A stretch of DNA of 64,000 nucleotides from assembly GCA_028023455.1 (NCBI GenBank), contig JAQFVV010000005.1, positions 1,798,001 to 1,862,000 of the forward strand. Direction: 5' to 3'. Shown here in pieces: positions 26,858 to 38,960 of the stretch. A program made the translations under genes and the position numbers. Within the stretch, counting starts at the first letter, position 1; the number at the start of each line of letters is the position of its first letter. The stretch is from Epiperipatus broadwayi. Its lineage: Eukaryota; Animalia; Onychophora. The notes beneath the pieces were generated by a model that saw nothing but the letters and a program-made list of their open reading frames with translations, was not told the origin of the DNA and did not search any database.

Positions 26858-27232
26858 TATAGGGGATTTGAAATCAGACCTCCAAGCCCCTTCACTATAC
26901 ACACTATCTCATACTACTGACCACACACATGCAGAAAAGATAAATAATCACCAATATCCATAATTTGTGTTAAACCAGCACTTATCAGTTGGTCCAGACT
27001 AACATCTCCCATACATATATATAATCAGTGCTCAGTTTATGTTAAGATAGCAAATCCTTACACTTTAATGGACAGGCCTCAACCCACTCCAACTTCCAAC
27101 TTTTCAGCCATCCATACCATTGAAAATCTGGTAATAGAATTCCCAAATCCCATGCTGATCCCAATATTGTTGTCATGCTCATGTTGACCTCAAGTCACTC
27201 TGACCCCTCATGTATAGGACAGTATCCATTTA
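26858..27232 (-). mobile_element. Retrozyme-like unit B (family R1) with decayed hammerhead at 26950-26993
   Basis: Direct repeat of unit A (HHR-to-HHR distance 462 bp); core reads CUGAUAA and GAAA is altered. Confidence 0.8.
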
Positions 27233-27965
27233 TACAATATCCATTTATACTGTTTAATAAATTTTCTAGCTGTATTTAATCGTAAATGGTTATTAAAATT
27301 TAATAATCAAAATAGTATCTGCTTTCCTAACTACTTAATTTTGCTAATTCTGAATATATATTCAACTTTACAATTAAAATATATCACGTTATCCATTATA
27401 TGTTCGGTTGCTTGGCAGAACATTTGATGTTTGAACATAATGCTATTCAATGAAATAAATTAAGTTTTTGTTTTTAAAGCATACTTTTATGTCGCCTGTT
27501 CTATTATTCGGATTTATAATTATAATCGTAATGATAAATTTTATTATGAATAAAGCTTATTTTATGCATAAAAAGTATTTATTCTTAATGAAGTAATTTT
27601 TGCATTTGCAATACAAATAGGTAAATTCTTTTGAAAGCGAATTATTTTGCCTTTTTTTAAAAAAAATTTGAAATAATTAGAAGTTGTTAAATTTTTTTTT
27701 TCACAGCATAAATAATTAAAAGAACTGATTATTTGAACGGAGTTACCTCAAGGAGACGACCTTGCTTCTTTAACAAGAATGTAAACTCTGAAACATAAAA
27801 TTTGCGAATTTTTTCTTAATTGATTCTAACAACATTCTTGTTAAGGAATTAAAGCAAATGAAATCTCTGTAATTTTTTAAAAAAGCATTTACTAAAATTA
27901 TAAATTGCAAAATACTTTCATCTATATGTATAGTTTGTATAATTTATTGCTTTGTGTGACTTTTG

Positions 27966-29485
27966 CATGTGATGTGATGTGATGCACTGTGACTTCTCCT
28001 TAAACGGAGTCAGGAATCTCTCAGCAGCTATGCCCAGAGAAACCTGTTAGCATGTGATGTGATGTGATCCTTAAACGAAGTCAAGAATATCTCAGCAATT
28101 ATGCCCAGATAAACCTGTTAGCCACTTTATTTTCCATTCCCCACTCTAAATTTTCCCATATTCTGCTCCATCCCATTTCCACAACATAATCTTTGTCAAC
28201 TCTATAACTTTTATATCTAAATCCCCTTTATCTTTTCCAAAACCCATCATAAAAACCAATAATTCACTTTCTGTATAATCACTTTTTTCATATTTATTCT
28301 TCCATAACTTCATTATATGTACCTTTTCTGTTTTCAAGCATTTACATTCAATTAACAAATGCCTCATATTTTATATTCCTTCCTTACATAATTTACAAAA
28401 TAAATCACCCATATTTTTCCATTTACATGTATATTCTCTTGTACTAAAGATCCCGTTCAGCCTTAAACATAAACTACTTTCCTTACTATTATCATATATT
28501 AACTCACACCTAATATTCTTTTATTTCTATATATATATTTAAACTCTTTTTACTCTCCATACTATTTCTCCATCTCTCTAACTCCCTATTCTTTATTAAT
28601 AAATTTATTCTTTTATCCCATTCCTTACTACTATAACACTAAACAATCCTCTTAACACAATCATCCCATCTTTTGTACAAATATACTGATATAAATTCTT
28701 TATCCAAATCTTTTGCATACGCATTACCTTTCTCACCCATCTTGTTACCTGCCCTTTACTCATAACCCAATTAAATACTATTTTAGCTATTCTTTTATTA
28801 TCCATAAACTGCAATCTACAAACATTTTCATTTTACTTTTTGCATCTCTCATATGAAAACTTGACCATCCCATTTCTCTTTGAATTGCCTCTTTTGCTGT
28901 CCATACATCTGCATCCAATGCATGTCTTCCTACTTCCCTTTGAACTTTTTCTAAATAATTTAATACCTCTTTACTAACATATAATGCATCATTACCATAT
29001 GTTAACCCTGCTACTGCAACTCCTTTCCATATAATTCTAACTACATCATATTTATTATATGAAAACACTGTTAATTTCTTTATCAACCCCTTTCTGTTCT
29101 TTGCTTCATTTATCAATTTTTCTCCCATTCATCCAAATAATTTTTCTGATTACTTAAAATAATTCCCAAATAACTATATCTATTCACCACACTTAACTTA
29201 ATATCTCCCAATAAAAATTCTACATCTTCTCTTTTCCCAGTATTAACCATCATTATATTTGATTTTCTTCACTAAATTTAATCCCCATCTCTTTACCAAC
29301 CCTTGCACATATCCTCAACATAACTTCCATATCTTCTCTTCTTTCTGTACACAAAAATATATCATCTGCAAAAAAAAGACCTGACAAAATATATACTCCC
29401 TTACTACCTATTAACAGTATCTCTATCCCTCTTCCTAATCTTTCTATTGCTCTTTCCATTTCACCCAAATACAACACAAACAAAA
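27966..29485 (-). mobile_element. 5'-truncated non-LTR retrotransposon with (CACAT)n tail, copy 2
   Basis: LFFADDIF; GVAVAGLTYGND; RHLLIECKC. Same family as 23929-25880, with the last ~85 nt tandemly duplicated. Confidence 0.9.
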
Positions 29486-29880
29486 CAGATCAAAACTCTC
29501 CATACAGCAGCGCCACCCAGTGCAAGCCAGAGCAATCAACGGACTCCAGAAGCTTGTGCATTCAGGCACAATGATCACTCAGGCCACCAAGGCACCACAT
29601 AGACTGCCTGTTTTAAAACAATACATATAAACACCACACACCCCATCCTCTACAAGCTTTAACATGTTTATTTTATCTCCCTTGCCACGTTTCAACTTTC
29701 CACGCACGGTTTTATAACCACCCCCCCCTACCAACGTAAACCGGCAGAGGGAGGAATACATCACCAAAAAAGGGAAGGAAATTTATTACAAACACGAAAA
29801 AACACAAACGCTGCTTAAACGTGAGGTTTGCGGGGAAAAACACAAAAGGATAATTATATATATATGCAGCGCCACCATGT
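29483..29880 (-). repeat. GC/CpG-rich repeat sharing a ~75-bp core with family R2
   Basis: aaaactctccatacagcagcgccacccagtgcaagccagagcaatcaacgga...ttgtgcat matches 47577-47626 and 50912-50981. Confidence 0.6.
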
Positions 29881-32800
29881 AGATAAGAGGCGCCTTTGCG
29901 TAAATTTTAGCGCCCCTTTTCCCATTCTACGAAATATAATTTATCAATTAAAAGACTTTTTTCCTCAAAGCTGTAGGAAGAAAAACTAGAAAATATGGCT
30001 TTAGTCATTTAATGTGTTTGGTAAATATCTTAGTTGTTTTATTCATTTACTTCTATAAAATAAACACAGAGATTAAAACACATGCTAAAATAAAACAAAA
30101 TAATGTTTAAAAAATAATCATTAAATAATACCTTAAAACAAAAATATTTATTTAATAAATTTGAAAATTTTAATATTTTCTTTCAAAAGTTTTCATATTT
30201 TTTGGACAAACCTTTAATAATGTTAGTAAAGATAGGAAATATCTGCAAATAAGAATTTTTTTAAATATCGAAGTGCCCTTTTTCACCCCCCCCCCATTAA
30301 TCACACACACCCATGAAAACATTTCACTGGCTCTCTCTCCTCTTTGGGTTGACTTTGATATATAAGTAATTCTATTTTTACATTTATTTTGCAGCTTATT
30401 ACAAATATTATCTTATTATTCTTTGGAATGCTTCATCTCTGAGCTCCATCCTGTATAGTTAGAAGAAAAGAATCTGCATTATCTCCATTATTCTTTCTGA
30501 AGTACAATAGTTATAAAAGCTGATGTAACTCTTAGTCTTCTTTACCAATATTGAGATCAATTTTAACTGGCATGTTATAATTTGTTAAAAATAGTTCTTG
30601 TTTGTTTGAAAACCCAATCAAATTCCATCATAAATAAAATTATTCACATTTTCTATTAACAAAGTTATATTCCTTCAATAATAAAATATTTAGACTATTA
30701 TTTCATTTTGTGTGTACATGTTATTCCACTAGTAATAACTATAATTTATTATATATATATACTCTGGTATTTTAAATTTTCATACTTATATTGTTTATTG
30801 ATGTAACTTTTATATTTTATTGGGACCACAACAGCACCATCTTGTTAAAAATAGTTGTTTTAAAAATACATTAATTACCTTTAATTCAGAATTTTACACA
30901 TAATTTGTTTACATTTTTTATTAATAAAAATTGTTTCTCTTACTTTTCTTCAATAAACATTTATTTTTAGCGCTGTTTCTAATTATAATAAATTTAATCA
31001 GCCATTTAAGCTATTGTACGCTTTTTTCACGAGTGTTAAATAATAATAAATGAGTACTTCCGCTTATAACACAAGATATAGTATTTAGGAAAGAGTAAAA
31101 TGAATCCAATAATAAAATATTAACACTATATTTATTATTTAACTATTTTAATGCTTATTAATAACTAAGTTGTATTATATATTATTCTTTATAACATAAT
31201 TTGATGATTAGGAATTTATCCAGTTCATTTATGGGAAGAAATTTTAAATTTTCATAATTAGTTTGTTTATTCAATAAACTTGCTCTCTTATATTTACATA
31301 CCAAAGTTAAAGTAAATAAACTGGTAATTGATAGGACTGCTTATGGCTTATGATGCATCTTAACAAATTAGAAAACCAAATATCTCAAATTTTTATTTAT
31401 TATTAAAGTATAATTTTATAATACTATTTTTTAGCTATCTTGAGGCAAAAACTTTATATTTGGCCTTTAAATGAATTTCATTATTATATGCAATTCTATT
31501 TTACATTCTGATAATATGTAGTATTATTTAATTGGAACACAAACATGAAGGCACATAGTATCACCCGGTTCATATGTATTTAAAAAAGACTTAAATTCTT
31601 AGATAGGATGTAAAATCAATGATTTAGTAAGTGCTAAACCATGCAATCATAGTTTCTTGTAGAATTATATTTTATATGCAAGGATATCGACTTTACTACC
31701 AGCAATAACTTGTTGTCCTACATCATAATACACTTAGCTATAAAGAGACAAAAGTAAGACTTGCTTGTGAAAACACATTTACATAAACCACTCATCATCA
31801 GTTATAGTAATGATGCATATTTCTTAATAAATCTATCTGCAATTTAAGCACATAAATAAAAAATACACATTCATAAAACATTATTTAGCTAGTGAACGAA
31901 TCATCATATTTCAAACTTCCTCTGGAACATATAAAATATATCAATAATACAAACAATGAATAATGTATGCAATATATATTATTAATATATAAATGAATAG
32001 AAAATATTTTACACACATATGCATGCACATATACATCACATAACACATATCTATTTATTAGTGTTACGAATTGTTTGTTTCTTAAACTGAAAGTTTTTTA
32101 TTATTATATTAAAAATGGCTTTAATCTTCCCTTATTTTGCCTAGTTATTCTCTAAAAAGTGAATACCATATGTTTTATTACATGCCCCTATCTCTGCATA
32201 CAATGAAATAATGGGTTACTATAATCACATGAAATAATTATGTTAAAAAGAGGTTTCCTAGACAACAGGTTGAGATTGTTGGTTATTATTGGTATTGGAA
32301 TTGCCTAAGTGTTGACTGATTTTAATTATATATATATACATTTAACATAAATGTAAACATACACACACGCGCGCGCGCGCACACACACACACATATATAT
32401 ATGCTTTAAATTGAATGAAATTTTTTAAAATTACCAAGAAAAAAGATTTTTATACAAAAAGTGAGAAAACTTCTTTAGCTAAATGAAATGTAGTAGAAAG
32501 ATTTTTATACAAAAAGTGAGAAAACTTGTTTAGTTAAATAAAAGTTTAGTAGATTAATTTTGATACAGAGACAAAAATAAAAGAAGAACAAATATGTATA
32601 ATTTTCTTGAAAAAAAAAAACAATGGGCAAGTTTTTTATTGTTGAGAAAAATCCTAAAAGAAAATAAAAAACTAAATAAAAATCCAAATGAAGCCACAAG
32701 TGGTGGCTTGTGCATTGGCATTGTAGAATTGCCGCACTCTCTATAACATTCATAATAAATCCTTTTTCTTTAATTTTTTCTTTATGCTTATATATTATAT

Positions 32801-33567
32801 AATCATGAAGCTTAAGATCAATAGTCATCCCTAGTTTTTGAAAAAATTACAAAAATTCTCTCTTAGAACTATTCGCTTCATAGTTCCGGCAATGTAGTGT
32901 TTGGCTGCTGTGCGCATGTGCAGATGTCTGAGATGAGAAGATGCATATTAGTAATAGGTAAAGAGAGAGAGCACTATTGTTTAAACAGTGCAGAAGCATT
33001 ATTTTTGATAACATTCAATAGAATGACTTAATGAGGTTTTTTTCTTCAATTCTTTCTTTATACTTGTGCATTATATAATCTTTAAACAGCAAAGTAAAGC
33101 AAGAGGAATGGATTTCATTTTTAAATAAATAGATCAAGCTTGAACCAAACAATTTAAAAAGAATGAATATTACAGCAGTATTTGATAATTATTCTAACTT
33201 TGTGATCTCATAAAATAATGCTTGCGCAGGATCTTCAGACAAATGGCAACCTAAAAGTTTATTTAAAAAAAGACAGAAAGAAAATCCCATGTATTTACTT
33301 TACAAGGATGACCACATTTACTTTAATCTCAATAATAATCAATCACTGGGGTGGACTGAACTTTTTGTTGTTCTCCAAAATAGAAATGAAAGCGTCAGTT
33401 TTTTTGTGCCAGCATTTTTGCACAACATCACAGCATAGTTTAAAAATTTAAATTATGGTATAATAAGATTTTCAGTAACAAATTTATCCCAAATTGAAGA
33501 TGATATAATAATGAGGTGAAAAATAATTTATTTTCCTTTTTACAACCTGCATTTATATATGTAATAT

Positions 33568-33640
33568 GTGCAGGGTTCGAACTCAGACTTTCACACGACC
33601 CACCACTCTCAGTGCCATCTCATATTGCTGACCCACAAGA
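33568..33640 (-). repeat. R1 fragment retaining a Pol III B-box
   Basis: Minus strand reads ggtcagcaatatgagatggcactgagagtggtgggtcgtgtgaaagtctGAGTTCGAACCC and aligns with 63860-63922 and the left ends of units A and B. Confidence 0.65.
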
Positions 33641-36600
33641 TTGTAAATGTGTTTAATTCGGTGTTTATTTGCAGATTTCTTTCTAAGGTAGAGTTTCAAA
33701 CACATAAATTTTATGTATAAATTTTATTTTTATATGTTTATTTATTTTATACAATATTGAACAATGGCTACAATTTTTTTGAACCAGCACCCCCACAAAT
33801 TTTAGTTATGAGCCATCAGTGGAAGACACAGAATGTTGAATTGTAATTTGGTTAATAAAAATATGCTTGTTTTTCGAATCTATAAAATACTTAATAGATT
33901 CTACATTTAGGACTGTAATAAAAAATAAGTATTTAATTAAGAAATTTTTGTAGAATAGTAAGTTTAAACTAAATAAAAGGCAGATCAAGTAGTTTGGAGT
34001 TAGAGATTTCGTAAAGAAGTCCTAGACAATTAAAGTAAATATAATTGTAAGCATTTCAGATATAAACAAAAAAACAAGTTGAAAAAAATAAAATATAAAA
34101 ATATTTAAAGTTAAAAAAAATTAGAATGTTGGTTAAAAAATAGTAAATTTATTACTAAAAAATAAAAACAATTGAATTTTTATTTAGAAAAAGAAGTTAT
34201 ATAAAAAATAAGCTTGTGATGTAGCACTAGCTTATCTATAAACAATTTTTATGAATCTAAGTAAGATAAAACATGAATCTTTCTCAGGTTCCAACCAGGC
34301 TTAGACTTTTTTTGGGGTTACTCAATCCATAACTTCCAATTGGTCAGCCAATGTCTATTATGACTAATTGTTAATTATAAAATAAAACAAGGAAAAAAAA
34401 AGGCTCAAACTCTTACTATGTGCAATTAGAAAATGTAGTGGTTAATGGCTTATTCTTCCATGTTCTTAAAAAAATGTTGAAAGATATTGATCCTAAAGTA
34501 GGTTAACTAAAGTTTGCTTTACTTTGCCATAGAATCAAAAAAAAAAAAAAAGGTTATAGAAGAAGTCCTTGTTTTTTTTAAAGATTCATGTATGAAACAA
34601 CAACAACAAAAAGATTGTGATGTTATTGAGTTTTTTAATTATTTGAACTCTTACTTAATATAGGAACATGACCATTCTGTACTTGAAATAAACTTCATAT
34701 TTCCCTAATATGATCATTGTATTAATGTTTGTTCAATCCAAATTATTTTAAGATTTTATTTCCTAGTTAAGAATAGTAAGCATCTCTTTATTGATAAATA
34801 CCGAATGCTTAATTGATTATGGGCCATTCAGATAGAAATGTTTGCTAGCAATTTCTCAGTGGCCTGAAGTAATATCAAAATAACACCAGCCAAATACATA
34901 AAATGCATTTTACTGAACATCTGCCAAGAGAAAAATAGCAAAGAAAACATTCCTCATTAGACTTACCAATTGCCAGTAGATGACGGGGTGAATAGCTTCC
35001 ATGTATTTTTAATGTGTAGCAAAAAGAGGTACAGCCTATTATCTTTGGATCAATTACCTAATCAAAATCTTAAACTGGTGTCTTACTCAATAAGTATTTA
35101 AACAACGTCTTGGAATGTAAATAATGTAATATTAGAATACTTTGATGATTCTGAATACGTCATTAAAATAAATGAAAATATGACTTTAATATACTTTACT
35201 AAAAATAGTTTTACTGCAAAAACATAAAATATTTTACCTTGTATTACAACAACCCAAGTGTTTAACAACAACCATTTGTCTATGTATAAATAATTCCTAT
35301 ACCCCTATACTTATTTTATTAATATGAATATAATTTGAATTTGGAACATATAAAATCTGCCATCACAAATAACAGACTTTTTATTAATTGCGGATAAGAA
35401 TTACTTGACAGTTTGCCTTTTAAATCAAGTCAGTTTTCTAATTCGACTATTGGCTTGACTAAAACATGGCATTTATGGCGACCAATCATCTATTTAGAAA
35501 TGTAGATAAAGCTTGAATAAATATAAGAACCAGTCTCTGACTAGAGTTAATACTTGACAACTTTTAAGAGGCTTTTTCTCTTTAGCTATATCATTCAGTC
35601 CTGTAATATATATTAGTAATACATAATTTGTTTTTAACAGCTTATGCAAATAAGTATTTATAATGAAAAGGGTAAAATTTAACGAAATGAGAATGGCATT
35701 TTTACATGTTAGACCTATTTATCCCTGATGTTAATGTGTATGAATTTTCTTTATACGCATGCGTGTGAGTGTAACACGCGCATACTGACATATTGCTGCG
35801 TGACGCGTGGCATTGTTTTAGTTATAATAAAACGTTTTAATTAAAAGTTGTTGAAAAACTTTTTGCTTTATTAAATAAAACTTTATATCTGTTTTAGTTG
35901 TTCGTTTTCCAAATTGAATAAATATAATTTTAAAATATATATTACTTAAAACGTCAATTCTGACGAAGATTTGTAAAGCTTCATTACGGTTTATGATTCG
36001 CCATTCTTTCTTCAAAGTGAAGTTTGTCATTTACATGCTGCATAATTGTTTCACTTGAACTAATTTGCTTTTGACTGAAATGTCATCAGATAAAAAAAAA
36101 GAAAAAGAACGACATTGTGGAATAGAATATAGAAATATTTTAATAAATCTTTCTCAATAAAAGATGAAAGACAAAAAAAGTGTTATATAATAAAAATTAA
36201 AAAGCCTTTTTTTTTCAGAATTGAAATCATTAGAAATATTATTTCAAATATATATCGCAATCAGCAGCGAGTTAAGAAATTTTTCTTAACTGGGTATAAA
36301 TGTAAATTTATTGCAAGACTTATAAAGTGGAAACTATAATGATAAAAATACAGAATTAAATATATAGAATATATTATATAAAACCAGATGTTTTAACCAT
36401 TATTGGTTTGAACATCCGGCTACTACATTAATGGTTGAAGCTTTGAATTTAAGTAAAATTTAATGTTTTTAAGTGTCTGAGAATTTCCAAACAGATATAG
36501 GACTATAGTGATTCATAAATAGTATAAGAACCGGAAGGTCATCAGCGCTCTTGTGCAAAACAGTGATTGTCTCTTCAAAAAAAAGTTTTTATGTTTTATT

Positions 36601-36689
36601 AAAGACAATAATGAAAAACAAAACAAAAACATCATTACATAATTTAAATACAAGTATATTATATATAATAATTTGAAATGTAATTAAAA

Positions 36690-37110
36690 GGGATTTGAAT
36701 AAAGATTTTCAAGCTCCATTCAACTATCCACTCCATTTTATATAACCGATACATATAACCACATATATATAATAAGTGATCTCCAATATACATATTTTGT
36801 GCTGAACCATCATTCATCAGTTGATCCAGATCATCATCTCCCACACATATATATATAATCAGTTCTCAGTTTATATTAAGATAGCAAATCTTCAAACTTT
36901 AATGGCCAGGCTTCAATCTTTTCCACTCTCCAATTCTTCACCTCCATGTGATGAAATACTCAAAGTCATTGTTGATGCCAATATTGTTGTCATATTCATG
37001 TTGACTTTAGGTCACTCTGATTCCTCACATACAGGACCTTAATATGTCCATTTAAATATGCAGAAGAGAGATGCGAAGAAATTAGGATTAATCTGTAATA
37101 TTTTAAATGT
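36690..37110 (-). mobile_element. Retrozyme-like unit C (family R1), decayed hammerhead at 36783-36824
   Basis: Collinear with unit A. Minus strand ucaa-CUGAUGA-augau gguuc agcac-AAAA-uauguauauugg (G12>A). Confidence 0.75.
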
Positions 37111-37111
37111 A

Positions 37112-38154
37112 CACCTGGACTTATTTACACGCGGACTTATTTAACAGGATTTTGAAGTTACGCGATTCGTGTTTCACCGGAAGTCGAACTTCGATATTGT
37201 GCTATTACTTTAAATAATAAATTTCACACACTTACGTTATATTGAAAGTAATAGCACATTATTGGAATTCGACTTTCATCTTAGTAATTTCAATATTTTC
37301 AGTGCTTTATAATAGTAAGATTTTATGCAATAATGAAATTAAAATCATGATCACCACATTTTATGTATACACACATTAAATTTTACAAGATTATAATGTA
37401 AATTTGTTCAAACATTGTGCATGTTAATTTTACATTTTAAATCACATTCTGTTTTCGCTTTTTAAAAAAGAACGTAATCAATTATTAATCATTTAGTGTC
37501 CACAAGTTTATTTTTAAAAGGTCAGTAATAGCAGTGGGCACAATTAAAAATTAAAATCTGATTTTTAACAATTTAAAAATTACTTGCAGCGACTTGAAAT
37601 AATGTGATGTGAAATTTGATTTTTAAAGGAATTGAAAATTAAAGACAAAAATAAGAATTTAATTTTTAGTTGTTAGTTTCATAAACAATTAATAAAATCG
37701 TCATCTCAAAGATTAATTACTAATTACGTTGTCACCAGAAAACCATTGACACAACATGAGTGTGAAGTTGGCACTAGTTATTTGCAAACGAACATGTTTT
37801 TTGGCAAATAGCTATAATAATTAAAACATGTATAAAAATGTATATTACTGTACTGTAAATTATGCATAAAAATATATTATTTTGAATAAAATTAAATATT
37901 ATAGTTAAAAAAAGTTTGTCTTGTATCATTTTTTTTCAAATTTGAAATTTTTTATTAGTCATATTTTATTTCCTTATTTTTTTTTGCGCGGATTTTAAAG
38001 TAATTTTACGTTGGTGCTTTGCTTTTATGCGAATTTTGAAAAATCACAGACCACATTCCCCCTTTTTCAATGTAAGTTACGTCTATTTTTGCGCGATTTT
38101 GTTTGCGCGTGTTTTCTGAGGAACCTATCTATTGCATAAAATGAGACCCAGGTG
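37112..38154. mobile_element. Tc1/pogo-type non-autonomous DNA transposon
   Basis: TA|CACCTGG...CCAGGTG|TA ends with CpG-rich subterminal segments; no ORF; interrupts an R1 tandem. Confidence 0.55.
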
Positions 38155-38256
38155 TATTATATATAAGAACTTTAGATGCAATTAGAAAGAATTTGAACAC
38201 AGACTTCCAAGCTCTCTTCAGTTATCCCCTCCATTTTATATAATCAATGCAAAAGT

Positions 38257-38515
38257 TGGAGGGTAAGGAAGATTAAAGCCTATCCATTAAAATTTGAAGA
38301 TTTGCTATCTTAATATAAACTGGCACTGATTGTATATATGTGTGGGGGATGATGATCTGGACCAACTGATGAGTTCAGCATGAAATATGTATATTGGAGG
38401 TTATTTATTTTTTTCACATGTATATGGTCATGTGTATTGATTATATAAGTTGGAGTGGATAACTGAAAAGAATTTGAAGGTCTGTGTTTAAATTTCCTCT
38501 AATTATTACATAATT
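38257..38515 (+). mobile_element. Retrozyme-like unit D (family R1, inverted), hammerhead at 38361-38397
   Basis: accaa-CTGATGA-gttcagcat-GAAA-tatgta-TA-ttgg: intact core and stems I/III, with a deletion in stem II. Confidence 0.75.
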
Positions 38516-38519
38516 ATAA

Positions 38520-38960
38520 ATTTACTTTTCAAGCTTTCACAGAACTGAATTTGGATGCAGTACCATCAACATTTAGAGTATTGCATATGCCATTCCCTAT
38601 AGCTATAATTGATAAATTTACCAACCAATCTTGTGTCATTCTTCAACATAAATAATTTTTTATGATTTTTAATTTCAAAATTGATCTCTCTCCACTAGCT
38701 ATACTCATAGGAAGAATTAAAAATATTCTTAATGATATGCTCAAATTTGGAAATGAAATGGTCAATTCATTTTTATGAATATAACTTAGAACATCCAGTG
38801 GATTTTTGAATTGAGATAATTCACTTGAAAATAAATTTTTAAACAGACACAATTCTTCATATAATTCCTCTCCACTTATGTCTTTATTATTATCACTGTC
38901 ACTTAAATGAATTTGTAGATTGAAACATTCCTTTAGATTTTTTAAAAAATAGTTTCACTG
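38520..38960 (-). pseudogene. hAT transposase C-terminal dimerisation-domain remnant (ZMYM1-like)
   Basis: DISGEELYEELCLFKN, FPNLSISLRIFLILPMSIASGERSILKLKIIKNYL and MTQDWLVNLSIIAIG match FPNLxIALRIxLTLPVSxASxERSFSKLKxIKNYLRSTM. Confidence 0.85.

Noticed and set aside
29500-29560. Twister-like gtgcaagcc motif
   Set aside because: The other twister elements and pseudoknot pairings could not be built.
34967-35002. Micro-exon MEAIHPVIYWQL with GTAAGT donor (minus strand)
   Set aside because: Too short; no partner exons identified.
36060-36140. ctgatgac...gtcaaaa (minus) as HHR, or MSSDKK as a transposase start
   Set aside because: The stem overlaps the core and there is no GAAA; the protein similarity is only low-complexity.
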